Shown here piece by piece: positions 1 to 10,183 of a DNA stretch of 64,000 bases. Every line of letters begins with the position of its first letter. Position 1 is the stretch's first letter. The notes below the pieces were generated by a model. The model was given only the letters and a program-made list of their open reading frames with translations, was not told the origin of the DNA and did no database searches. Source of the DNA: an uncultured Chloroflexia bacterium (lineage in GTDB: Bacteria; Chloroflexota; Limnocylindria; Limnocylindrales; CSP1-4); assembly GCA_963774695.1 (NCBI GenBank), contig CAVZFY010000028.1:4602-68601 (forward strand), written 5' to 3'. The position numbers and the translations under genes were made by a program.

Positions 1-601
1 CGGGCGCGCGTGGAGCAGAACCCGGTCGACGCCGAGGAGGTGGCCGCGACCGCGGAGCACCTCGCCGCGGCCCGCGAGGCGCTGGGCCAGCTCCGTCGCC
101 GGGAGCGCGTCTACGAGCGCACGCTCGCGGAGCTCAACACCGCCGAGCAGGCGACGATGCAGCTCGCGACCCGCTACCTCGAGCGGCGCATGGTCGCGGA
201 CGTGACCCGGATCACCGGCGGCCGCTATCGCCGTGTCCGCGTCGACGACACCAACCTCGGCATGGAGGTCTACTCGCCGGAGCGCGACGACTGGGTCGCG
301 GTGACCGACCTGTCGCAGGGCACCCTGGACATCGTGTACCTCGCGGCGCGCCTCGGGCTCGTGCGCCTCGTCACCGGGGACCGCCGGCCGCCGATCGTCC
401 TCGACGACCCGTTCGTGACGCTCGACGACGCCCGCGCCGCCCGCGCGCTGGAGCTGCTGCGCGAGGTCGCGGCCGACTTCCAGGTCATCTACCTGACGAC
501 CTCGGACCGCTACGACGCCCTCGCCGACAAGGTGATCGCGCTCGACGGCCCGACCGCCGCCGACTCGCCACGTCGAGCCGGAGGGCGTGGCCCCTGCCTG
601 A
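1..601 (+). CDS. SMC/SbcC-like AAA ATPase (YhaN-type), C-terminal fragment; gene begins upstream of the window
   Basis: ABC/SMC signature-like 'LSQGTLDIVYLAARL' and Walker B 'PPIVLDDPF', followed by 'QVIYLTTS'. The TGA at 599-601 comes into frame if the C4 run at 591-594 is really C3. Confidence 0.6.
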
Positions 602-1460
602 GGTCGCGGGACCGATCGCGGTCCTGGCGCTCGGCCTCGTCTCGGCGGCCTCCTGGGGGGCGGGCGACTTCGGCGGCGGGCTGCTCAGCCGGAGCGCGCC
701 GCTGCTGGGGGTCGTGTTCGGGTCCCAGTTCATCGGCATGCTGGCGGCGCTGGTGCTCGCGCTGCTCCGGGGCGAGCCGCTGCCGCAGGGCCCGGACGTC
801 GCGTGGGCCGTCGCCGGCGGCGTCCTCGGGGTGGTCGGGATCACGGCGCTGTACCGCGGGCTCGCCGTCGGGCGGATGGGCGTCGTCGCGCCGACCACCG
901 GCGTCCTCGCCGCCGTGGTGCCGGTCACGGCGGGCTTCCTGCTCGAGGGCGTGCCGTCGACCGAGGTCGTCGTGGGCATCGGCCTCGCGCTGGTGGCGGT
1001 CATCCTGGTGACGCGCGCGCCGGGCCACGACGCCGCGACGAGGTCGGGGATCGAGTGGGGCCTGCTCGGCGGCCTGGCGATCGGCGCGTTCAGCGTGTGC
1101 ATCGGCCAGCTGTCCGGCGCCGGCGCGTTCGCCCCGCTCGTGCTCGTGCGGCTGATCGAGGGCGGGATCGTCGCGCTCGTCATCGTCCTCGGGCGCCAGC
1201 CGTGGCGGATGCCGATCACGACGCTCCGCTGGGTGCTCGTCGTCGGGCTGCTGGACATGGCCGGCAACGGCGCGTTCATCCTCGCGGCGCAGGCGGGCGC
1301 GCTCGCGATCGCGGCGACGGTCTCGTCGCTCTACCCGGTCGGGACCGTGATCCTCGCGATCGCCGTGCTCCACGAGCGCCTGACGCGCAGCCACGCGGCG
1401 GGCATCGTGCTCACGGGCGTCGCGATCGTGCTGATCGGCCTCGGGACGGCCGGGTCGTGA
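587..1460 (+). CDS. EamA/DMT family transporter (frameshifted at the start in this assembly)
   Basis: About 10 hydrophobic helices and the typical N-terminus 'LGLVSAASWGAGDFGGG'. GTG 587 joins the 714..1460 frame if one C is removed from 591-594. Confidence 0.8.
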
Positions 1461-1488
1461 GGGCCGGTCGTCGGCGTAGGATCGCCGC

Positions 1489-1947
1489 GTGAGGATCTCC
1501 GCCAAGGTCGACTACGCCGTGCGGGCGATGTGCGAGCTCGCGTCGCGTGACGGCGACGTGCCCGTGAAGGCCGAGCAGCTCGCGGCGGCCCAGGAGATCC
1601 CGCTCTCGTTCCTCGAGAACATCCTCGTCGACCTCAAGCGGGCCGGCATCGTCCGCTCGCTGCGCGGCCAGGTCGGCGGGTACCGGCTCGGCCGGCCGGC
1701 GAGCGAGGTGAACATCGCCGACGTGATCCGGGCCGTCGAGGGGCCGCTCGCCGACGTGCGCGGGATCCGCCCGGAGGCGCTCCGGTTCGAGGGCCCCGCG
1801 ACCGCGTTGCGCGACGTCTGGCTCGCCAACCGCGCGAGCGTGCGGCGGGTCCTGGAGCGGGTGACGATCGCGGACGTCGTCGCCGGCGAGCTGCCGGCCG
1901 ACGTGCGCGCGCTGCTCGACGACCCGGACGTGCTCGTCGGGCACTGA
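1489..1947 (+). CDS. Rrf2 family transcriptional regulator
   Basis: 'MRISAKVDYAVRAMCELA...' with a winged HTH ('LSFLENILVDLKRAGIVRSLRGQVGGYRL'). Intact 152-aa ORF. Confidence 0.9.
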   Translation: MRISAKVDYAVRAMCELASRDGDVPVKAEQLAAAQEIPLSFLENILVDLKRAGIVRSLRGQVGGYRLGRPASEVNIADVIRAVEGPLADVRGIRPEALRFEGPATALRDVWLANRASVRRVLERVTIADVVAGELPADVRALLDDPDVLVGH

Positions 1948-1980
1948 GCTCTCGGGTCGCGGCCCGCCGCCGCGACGCGC

Positions 1981-2906
1981 CTACGTCGTGAGCAGGCCCG
2001 CGCTTCGCCCGGATCCGGCGCTCGATCGTCCCGAACACGAGCGAGTCGAGCAGGATCCCGATCGTCAGGATCACGAGCATGATCGAGAGCAGGCCCTCGC
2101 TGTCGACGAGGTCGCGGTTGACCTGGAGCAGCTGGCCGAGCGAGGTCTTGTTCGCGATGACGACGATCAGCTCGCCGGCCATCAGGCTGCGCCAGGCGAA
2201 CGCCCAGCCCTGCTTGAGGCCGCCGACGAAGCTCGGCATCGCCGCGGGCAGGATGATGTAGCGGTAGGCGTCGACGCCCTTCGCGCCGAGGACGCGCCCG
2301 GCCCGGGTCAGCACCGGCGGGATGTGGTCGACGCCGTGGATGAGCCCGTTGGCGATCGACGGCGCGGCGCCGAGCACGACCACGAACGTGATCGCCTCCT
2401 CGGTGAGCTTGAACAGCAGCACCGCGAGCGGGAACCACGCGATCGAGGGCATGGTCTGGAGGCCCATGATCAGCGAGCCCGTCGCGGAGCGCATGACCGC
2501 GAACCGCGACACCAGCACGCCGATGCCGACCCCGATGACGACGGCGATGCCGAAGCCCCAGATGGCGCGGCGGAGCGTGGTCAGGATCGCGCCCCAGAGC
2601 TCGGGGGTGCCGGCCTCGGACGCGAGGCGGCCGAGGACGTCGGTGGGTGCCGGCAGGACGTAGGTGGGCCACCGGCCGCTGAGCACGACGAGCTCCCAGG
2701 CCACGAGGGCGATGCCGATCGCGATCGCCTTGGGCCAGAACGACGACCAGAGGCGTCGCCACAGCGGCCGGCCGCGGACGACCGGGGTCTCGAGGGCGTC
2801 GAGCCCGGCGACCTCGCTCCGGCGCGGCGCCGGGGCGGCGGTCGCGGCTCCGGGTGCGGTCGTCGGACGCGTTGGCGGGGATCACGCCCCGAAGACTAGC
2901 GTCCAT
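1981..2906 (-). CDS. ABC transporter permease (SsuC/TauC/NrtB family), frameshifted near both ends
   Basis: Core in ORF 1634..2704 ('MPSIAWFPLAVLLF', EAA-like loop 'RAGRVLGAKGVDAYRYIILPAAMP'). The natural end 'KRGLLTT*' (TAG at 1981-1983) needs one G removed from 'cgcggg'. The N-terminus ATG 2906 is in another frame. Confidence 0.8.
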
Positions 2907-3714
2907 GGCGAGCGACCTCCTCGCGCAGGCGCGTCGTGATCTCCGCCGCGAGCTGGGCGACGTCGCGGTCCTCGATCCGCCGCGGGCGCGGGATGTCGAC
3001 GGGGAACTCCATCGCCACCTTGCCCGGCCGGCTGGTCAGCAGCACGACGCGGTCACCGAGGCGGACGGCCTCGCGGACGTTGTGGGTCACGAACAGGATC
3101 GTCCGGCCGGTCGCCTGCCAGATCCGCTCGAGCTCGTCGTGGAGGATGTCGCGGGTCATGGCGTCGAGCGCCCCGAAGGGCTCGTCCATCAGCAGGACCT
3201 CGGCCTCCTGCGCGAGGGATCGCGCCAGCGCCACCCGCTGGCGCATGCCGCCCGAGAGCTCGTGGGGCTGGCGGCGCGCGAAGGCGGTCAGCTGGACCAT
3301 CTCGAGGAGCTCGTCGACCCGCTGCTTGCGGGCCGCCTTGGGCACCTTGCGCAGGCGCAGCGGCAGGTCCACGTTGCGCTCCACGCTCAGCCACGGGAAC
3401 AGCGCGGCCTCCTGGAACATGAACGACGGGTCGCCGAGGCACTCGACGGTGCCGCTCGTCGGCCGGTCGAGGTCGGCGACCAGGTTGAGCAGCGTCGACT
3501 TGCCGCAGCCCGAGGCGCCGAGGAGGCACACGAACTCGCCGCGGCCCACAGACAGCGAAATGTCCTCGAGCGCCGTGACCGCGTCACCGCCGCTCGAGAA
3601 CACCTTCGTCACGTGATCGATCCGGACGGCCACCCCCCGGGCCGAAGCCGACCCGGGGGGAGGAGGAGTGGCCGTCGGTTGCGGCGGGCTCGCCGCGGTC
3701 AGGAGTCCGCCCAT
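2896..3714 (-). CDS. ABC transporter ATP-binding protein (SsuB/TauB-like)
   Basis: Walker A 'GASGCGKST', signature 'LSGGMRQRVALAR', Walker B 'LLMDEP'. ATG 3714 overlaps the restored TGA of the upstream binding protein (ATGA). Confidence 0.85.
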   Translation of the reverse strand: MGGLLTAASPPQPTATPPPPGSASARGVAVRIDHVTKVFSSGGDAVTALEDISLSVGRGEFVCLLGASGCGKSTLLNLVADLDRPTSGTVECLGDPSFMFQEAALFPWLSVERNVDLPLRLRKVPKAARKQRVDELLEMVQLTAFARRQPHELSGGMRQRVALARSLAQEAEVLLMDEPFGALDAMTRDILHDELERIWQATGRTILFVTHNVREAVRLGDRVVLLTSRPGKVAMEFPVDIPRPRRIEDRDVAQLAAEITTRLREEVARHGR

Positions 3715-4848
3715 CAGAGCCCCTTGACCGGGGGCTGGCCCTGCGACTGGAGCACCTCGTTGAGGAGCGTCGAGGTCGTAGAGCTTCGACAGGTCGCCCG
3801 GGTCCTTGAGCAGGCCGATCGCCTCGGCGTCGGTGGCCGACTTCTGGAGCGAGGAGGCGATCGGGTCGGCCGTGAAGGTGAGGTTCTTCCAGGCGGCGGC
3901 CAGGAGGTCCGTGCCCAGCTTCTTGGAGGTGAGCTTCTCGATCTCGTCGTTGACGGTCGCCTGCGCGGCCGCCGGGTCGGCGTTCACCTCGTCGATCGCC
4001 TGCAGGTTCGCGAGCAGGATCCGCTTGACGACCTCGGGGTTGGCCTGGAGGAACTTGGTCGCCACGAGCAGGTGGGTCGTCACGTACTTGCCGTCGGGCC
4101 ACAGGTCGCGCTCGTCGACCAGGACCTTGGCGCCGGCCTCCTGGACGAGGCGCGTCGCCCACGGCTCGGGCACCCACGCGCCGTCGATCGTCCCGGCCTG
4201 GAACGTCTCGAGCGTCTGCGCGTTGTCCTGCGGCACGACCGAGACGTCGCCGCCGCCGGCCGTGTCCGTGGTGAGCCCCTGCTGCTTGAGCCACGAGCGG
4301 AGGGCGACGTCCTGCGTGTTGCCGAGGCCCGGGGTCGCGATCTTCTTGCCCTTGAGGTCGGCCGCGCTGGTGATCTCCGGCTTGACGACGAGGAACGCGC
4401 CGCCCGACGTGGAGCCCGAGATCACGCGGACCGCCTCGCCGTTGGTCTTCGCGAACATGTTGATCGCCGGGTTGGGGCCGATGTACGTGATGTCCAGGGC
4501 GTCGGACAGGATCGCCTCGCTGGCCGGGGTGCCCGAGCTGAACTGCTTGACCTGGATGTCGGCGTTGGGGAGCAGCTTCTTGAGCGGCCCGTCGTCGGCG
4601 AGGGCGACGAGGCCCGGGGCATGCGTGATGTTGGGGAACACCCCGAAGCGGACGGTGACCGCGTCGTCGAGCGGGCCGATGCTGCCGGCGGCGGCCGGGG
4701 AGGCGCCGCTCGAGGCGGCGGCGGGAGGGGGAGCCGCCGGCGATGCGGCGCCCGCGGACGGGCTGGCCGCGCCGCTGCTGCACGCCGCGACGATGAGGGC
4801 GGCGATGGCGACGGTGGCGAGGGTTCGTCCGCGTGTGACGGGCCGCAT
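3714..4848 (-). CDS. ABC substrate-binding lipoprotein (NMT1/SsuA-like; sulfonate/nitrate/taurine type), 1 frameshift near 3768
   Basis: Lipobox 'AAALIVAAC' and a GGAGGA just upstream of ATG 4848. The C-terminus 'LYDLD-LLNEVLQSQGQPPVKGL*' is recovered by removing one inserted G. Confidence 0.8.
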
Positions 4849-5029
4849 GGATCCTCCGGCGGGTGCCAGTGCGGGGCGAGCCTGAGTCATGTTTTCAGGT
4901 TATTCCGACCGAACTAGTGAGAATAGAACCACAGGGCGATGATGGCGGGCTGTCAAATGCCGCGCGGAGCGCCGATCGCTGTCGACGCGATCGCCGACTG
5001 GCAGGCAAGGCCGAGGCGGCGTCGCGGCC

Positions 5030-5558
5030 TCAGGCCCGGTGGATCTCGACGGCGTCGACGTCCTCGGTGCGGGTCAGCCGGTGGACGCGGCGAAGCCCTC
5101 CGCGTCCAGGGCGCCCGGCCGGAGGGCGGCGGCCAGATCGGCGAGCTGGCGGTCGACGGCGTCGTCGGGGACGATCGCCGGTCGCGCGGCCGCGGTTGCG
5201 GGCACGGACGATGTCGGACGGCAGGTCCAGCACGATCGCGACGGCCGGCACGCTCGCGCCGGCGGCGACCCGCAGGAGCGCGAGGCGGGCGTGGCGCTGG
5301 ACGCTGGTGGCGTCGACGACCGTCAGCCGGCGATCGGCCATCCGCCGCGCGAGCGCCCGGTGCAGTGCCGCGAAGGCCGGCCGCGTCGCCGCCTGGTCAG
5401 CGGGATCCCCGGCGATGACGCCGCGGAACGCATCCGACGACAGCACCTCGTCGGGCGCGAAGTGGCGCGCGGCGAACGTCGACTTGCCCGACCCGGCGGC
5501 GCCGACCAGGACGACCAGCGCCGGATCCGGGATCGTCGAGGATCGGGCGCCCGGTCAC
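5030..5558 (-). CDS. P-loop kinase (AAA_33 / polynucleotide-kinase-like), 3 indels
   Basis: Walker A 'LVGAAGSGKST' with 'FAARHF'. The stretch ~5086-5180 is out of frame (paired indels). The N-terminal GTG 5558 is in another frame. Confidence 0.6.
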
Positions 5559-5580
5559 CAGGGACGGCCGGTGCGGCCGC

Positions 5581-7237
5581 TCAGCCGCCGTCGCCCGGCG
5601 GGTTGTCGTCCGACGGCGGGGCCTCGGAGGCGGACGGCTCGGGCGTCGGCTCGGGCGTCGCCTTCGGGGGCTTCGTCGGCTTGGGGGTGGGCTTCGGTGT
5701 CGGCTTGGGCGTGGGCTTCGGGGTCGCCCGGGGCTTGGGCGGGATCCCGCACGTCGACGACTTGGACGCGCTCTTCGTCGGGCCGCTGCCGGCGTCGGGC
5801 ATCGTGTCGAAGCCCTTCGGCCGGACGCCCGTGGGCGTGAACAGGCTGGCCGCGAGCGCCCGGATCTTCTTGACCTGCGGGACCTGGATCGACCCCCGCA
5901 CGTCGTAGCCGGACTTCACCAGCGGATGGTCGATGACGACGCGGAAGACGTCCTTGCGCCCGATGTCCGAGGCGATGCCGATGTAGTCGGCGATGAACGA
6001 CGGCCGGATGTTGGTCGTGATCGTCTGGCCGATCGAGCGCAGGAAGCGCGACGGGTTGTCGAGGAACGCGCCCCGCACCATCTTGTCGCGCAGGGCGGCG
6101 ATGACCTCCTGCTGGCGGCCGGCGCGCGTGAAGTCGCTCTCGCCGGTCGCCTTGCGCACGCGGGCGTAGGCGAGGGCCTCCTCGCCGTCCATGTGGTACC
6201 GGCCCGGCGTGATGTTGAAGCCCTTGATCCCGTACTCCTTGTAGCGGGGATCGCAGAAGCCGTCGGTCACGTTGAGGTTGACGCCGCCGACCGCGTCGAC
6301 GAGCGAGACGAACCCGGGCAGGTTGACCTGGGCCCAGGAGTCGATCTTGAGGTTGAGCAGCGTGCCGAGCGCCGCGGCCAGCACGGACTGCCCGTCCTTC
6401 GCGCCCGGGAACTTGCCCGGGTGCCAGCGCGCGTAGCTGACGAGGCTGTTGATCTTGCCCCGGAACTTGCGGCCGTCGGGCAGGGGGACGTCGACCATGT
6501 CGCGCGGGATCGACGCCATCGAGACCGTCTTGCCGACGGGGTCCAGCGAGACGACGATCATCGTGTCGCTGAGCAGCGTGTTGCGGCCGATGCCCGAGTC
6601 CATCCCGATCAGCAGCACGTTCACGCGCGGCACCGCGGGCGCCACGGACGCGGAGGCGGTCGGGTCCAGCGACGGGTCGCTCGAGGGGTCGGGTGCGTCC
6701 GACGGATCGAGGGCGAAGTCCGGGTCGTTGGCGTCGATCGGCGGCGCGGTCGCGTCCGGCACCCAGGCGCCGCCTTCGGCGACGGGCTGGAAGACCTCGT
6801 TGGCCGCGTCCCGCGCATCGACGGTGAGCCCGGCGACGACCAGCTGCGGGCCGAGGATGATCACGAGCGACAGCGCGAGCGCGCCGATCGTGGCGGCGCG
6901 CCGGGTGAACGGCGTGATCACGCTCGTCGCCGCGACGGCGAGGAGGCGCCAGCCGAGGATCGACGGCCTCGACGATGAGCAGCGTCGTCAGGATCGCCGG
7001 GTCGAACAGCCGGGCGGCGAGCTCGGTCGGGTTGGTCGTCGCCGCGAAGAGCACGAGGGCGACCAGCGCGACGACGAACGGCCCGCCGAGCAGCAGCGCC
7101 CACCTCCAGCGGCCGGCCGCGAGGTGGCCGAGGCCCGGGAACAGGGCGTTGAGCAGGATGAAGCGGGGAGCCCTCGACGGTGGCTGGACGGGCGGGCTCG
7201 ACGGGGGCGCGTCGGCCTGGCGTGACGGGTCGGACAT
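5581..7237 (-). CDS. LytR-CpsA-Psr (LCP) family cell-envelope phosphotransferase, 1 frameshift near 6958
   Basis: 'NVLLIGMDS', 'SDTMIVVSLDP', 'SIPRD' and 'ALAYARVRK...DFTRAGRQQ' motifs, plus an N-terminal TM segment and a C-terminal Pro/Thr/Lys repeat tail. Confidence 0.85.
5636..5745 (-). repeat. In-frame (K-P-T-P)n / (E-P-T-P) low-complexity repeat encoding the LCP C-terminal tail
   Basis: Translated 'PKPRATPKPTPKPTPKPTPKPTKPPKATPEPTPEP'. The DNA shows tandem 12-nt 'cttgggcgtggg'-like units. Confidence 0.6.
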
Positions 7238-7285
7238 CGCCGCGAAGGATGCGGTCGATCGCCGATTGCCGCAACCACGCGCGTG

Positions 7286-8350
7286 TCACGGACGGCAGGG
7301 CGCGGATGTCCAGGCCGGCTTGTGCTCGTGGCCCCAGCCCGTCGCGAGGTAGGTGGGATCGCCACCGTCGGCGTCTATCGTCGCGAGCCCGTCTCCGGTG
7401 AAGGTGCCGGCATCGATCGAGCCGTGGTCCGCGATGATGCGCGTCCCGTCGGGCGACCACGCCGGGTCCTGGAAGCCATCTTCGTGCCCGGCCGGAGGCG
7501 CCGGCGTCAGCGTTCGCAGACCGCTTCCATCCGGGCGCACCACCCACAGGCTCCGCTTCGGGAAGCCGCTGGAGACGGCGTCGAACAGGATCACGGAGCC
7601 ATCGGGCGCCCAGTCCGCCTTCCATGGCGCGATCGAGGGCGGCGTGATCCGCGTCAGCCCGGTCCCGTCGACGTTCATGATCCAGAGCGCCGCGTCGTTC
7701 TCGGTCGAATTGCGGGTGAACACGATCCGTCGGCCGTCGGGAGAGAACCTCGGCCCATAGTCGGTCGTCGCGTCGGCGGGCAGTGCGGCGATGCGCTGCT
7801 TGTGGCCGCCGTCGGTGGCGTCCATCGTCCAGATGCCTTGCTTGCCGGGCTCAGACGAATCGAAGGCGATGCGGGTGCCGTCGGGAGACCAGCCCGGATC
7901 GCCCTCGAGGCCCACGGATCGGGTCAGCAACCGAACGTCCGTGCCGTCCGGTTTCATGGTGTAGATGTCCCAGGTGTCCTCGTCCTCGCTGGTGGGGGAA
8001 GGGTCCTCGTAGTTGGCGTTGAGGGCGATCCGCGACCCATCGGGCGACCACGCCATCCAGCCGGCACTGTGGCCATCCGGGGTCGGCAGCTGTCTCGCAT
8101 TCGATAGGTCGGCACAGGCCGTCCACGGCTGCCAGTGCCCCGCCGCGTCCTTCCGCATGAAGGCGATCGTGCCCGTAGCCGATGTCGGCAACACCGTCTC
8201 CGATGCGGCGCTTGCCGCCGACGCCTCCGTGGTCGGTACGGGACCGGTGCCAAGCCGCGGGGTTTCGGGCACCGCCGACGGCATGGCCGATGCGCTGCAT
8301 GCTGCGACGACCAACCCAACCGTGACAATCAGAGCGGCGTAGCGAGCCAT
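7286..8350 (-). CDS. TolB-like PD40 beta-propeller lipoprotein
   Basis: Lipobox 'VGLVVAAC' after M40 of ORF 7286..8467. Repeated 'WSPDG(S/T)RIAF' PD40 motifs. Intact. Confidence 0.8.
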   Translation of the reverse strand: MARYAALIVTVGLVVAACSASAMPSAVPETPRLGTGPVPTTEASAASAASETVLPTSATGTIAFMRKDAAGHWQPWTACADLSNARQLPTPDGHSAGWMAWSPDGSRIALNANYEDPSPTSEDEDTWDIYTMKPDGTDVRLLTRSVGLEGDPGWSPDGTRIAFDSSEPGKQGIWTMDATDGGHKQRIAALPADATTDYGPRFSPDGRRIVFTRNSTENDAALWIMNVDGTGLTRITPPSIAPWKADWAPDGSVILFDAVSSGFPKRSLWVVRPDGSGLRTLTPAPPAGHEDGFQDPAWSPDGTRIIADHGSIDAGTFTGDGLATIDADGGDPTYLATGWGHEHKPAWTSAPCRP

Positions 8351-8445
8351 TCGAGCCTCCTGTGCACGCGCGCGGGCGCACGAAACCAAGGTCTTCCGAT
8401 TGATTTGGGTTGTCGGTTCCGAGCTGGGCGGCCGTGTGCCACCCT

Positions 8446-9628
8446 TCAGCAGCCGATCGCGCTCCAATCCGGAACGTGCTCGGCCCCGTCGCCGTCAGCG
8501 AGCGATACGACGTCGCCGTCCGACGGCCGCATCACGGCGAGACCCAGCTTGACGGGCGGGAGGGTGCCGTCGATCAAGCCGTGGACGAGCAGGATCTCGC
8601 TGCCATCGGGCGACCACACGGGATCGGCGTAGCCAGAGCTGAGAGCCCCCTGGCCGCGCGGCAGGGTGAGCGAAGCCAGGCCGGTGCCGTCCGGTCGCAC
8701 CGTGTACAGGGTTTGGAACGGGTGTGACGCGTCTGCGGCGTCGAACAGGATGGTGGTCCCATCCGGCGACCAATCCGCCTTCGATGGCAGGATGTACGCA
8801 GGCGTCAGTGGCGTGAGATGCGTGCCGTCAACGTTGACCACGTAGATCCGACTCGTCCGGTCATCGATGACACGGGTGAAGGCAACCCGTGCGCCATCCG
8901 CGGAGAACGTTGGGCCGTAGTCGCTACGGGCCCCAGGCAATGGTGTCGATGCGATCCTCCGCTGGCCGCTGCCATCCGCGTTCATGACCCAGATTCCTTC
9001 ACGGCCAGGCTCCGTCGAGTCGAATGCGATGAGCCGCCCGTCGTCCGAGTACGCCGGGTCGCCTTCAAGCCCCACCGAGCTGGTGAGCCTCGATACCGCC
9101 CCAGAGTTGACATCGATCGTGTAGATGTCCCACACGTCGGTGTTGTCGCTGGTGTCGGGATCGTCGAAATTCGCGTTGAACGCGATGCGGCGACCATCGG
9201 GCGACCAGCTTGGCCAACCGCTGCTGCGGCCTTCGCGCGCGGCAATCGGTCGGACATTCGAAAGGTCCGCACATGCCAGGAAGAGCTGGGAGTGCAAGTC
9301 GTCGGGGCCGCGCATGAAGGCGATCGTTCCAGCGCCTCCGAACGGCCCGCCTCGACGCTGGTGCAACACGCCGGAGCCGACCAGCGCCCACGTTGCAGCC
9401 ATCGTCAGCGCGAGCACAGCCAACGCACCTACGACCCGCTGATCGAGCCCAGCCACGCGGCGCAGCCCGATCGTCCCCCCGCGGACGGCCACGAGCCATC
9501 CAGGTCGCTGGCGCGCCCCCCGCGCTCGGTCGATGGCCACCGCGTGCAGCCCGACGGGTGCCGTCATCGAGGCCTCGGCATCCAGCCATGCGGCGAGCTC
9601 TCGGTCGAAATCGATCCATCGCGGTCAT
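8446..9628 (-). CDS. Membrane-anchored anti-sigma-like protein fused to a PD40 beta-propeller (1 frameshift near 9610)
   Basis: ATG 9628 overlaps the sigma gene stop (ATGA). N-terminus 'MTAMDRFDRELAAWLD...ARQRPGWLV', one TM ('VGALAVLALTMAATWALV'), then PD40 repeats about 55% identical to 7286..8350. Confidence 0.7.
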
Positions 9629-10183
9629 CGGACGGCCTCGGCGACGAGGGGTGCAGGCTGCTCATCGGCTTCAAGCGACGCTCGCAGCGCCTTCATCGCG
9701 CGGTTGAGCCTGGACTGCATCGTTCCGAGGGGGATGCCGAGCACCTCCGCGGAATTCAACGAGGGTCATTCCCAGGTAGTGGTGGAGCGTGATCACGGCG
9801 CGCTGCTGAGGGGAGAGCCGGCGGAACGCGCGGCTCAGCTGATCGCGCGCGGCGACGTCGCCCTGCGCGTCGGGGGTGGCGGTCGCGGCGGTCGTGGCCA
9901 CCCGGAGCTCGACGACCTCGCGGGTCCGGTGGCGGTCAGCCGCCCGATAGCAGGCGCGGACCAGGAGTCGATGGAGCCAGGCCTCGAACTTCTCGGGGTC
10001 GCGCAGGCCGCGGATGTCGAGCCATGCCCGGAGCAGCGCGTCCTGCACGGCGTCGGCTGCCCGCTCGTCGTCGCGCAGGATCAGACGCGCCGCGGAGTAG
10101 AGCTGCTGGGTCAGCGCGGCGGTCAGCGCGGAAAAGGCGTCGACGTCGCCTCGCTGCGCCCTGACCACCACGTCTCGCTGCAT
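9625..10183 (-). CDS. ECF (sigma-70 family) RNA polymerase sigma factor, 1 frameshift near 9755
   Basis: Region 2 'DAVQDALLRAWLDIRGLRDPEKFEAWLHRLLV'. Region 4 'QRAVITLHHYLGMTLVE' then, in the alternate frame, 'AEVLGIPLGTMQSRLNRAMKALR'. Confidence 0.85.

Noticed and set aside
1-601. SMC/SbcC-like ATPase fragment as part of a defence system
   Set aside because: Only the C-terminal ~190 residues are in the window and the usual partner gene (nuclease/phosphoesterase) would lie upstream. Nothing here distinguishes repair (YhaN/SbcC-type) from defence.
2896-4890. 664-aa ORF that looks like a fused ABC substrate-binding protein + ATPase
   Set aside because: Removing one inserted G near 3768 restores the normal binding-protein C-terminus '...LLNEVLQSQGQPPVKGL*'. 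Its TGA overlaps the ATPase ATG (3714). These are two ordinary genes joined by a frameshift.
5636-5745. Short tandem DNA repeats that might suggest a CRISPR or VNTR array
   Set aside because: The repeats have 12-nt periodicity, no spacers, and are fully in frame inside the LCP gene, encoding KPTP repeats.
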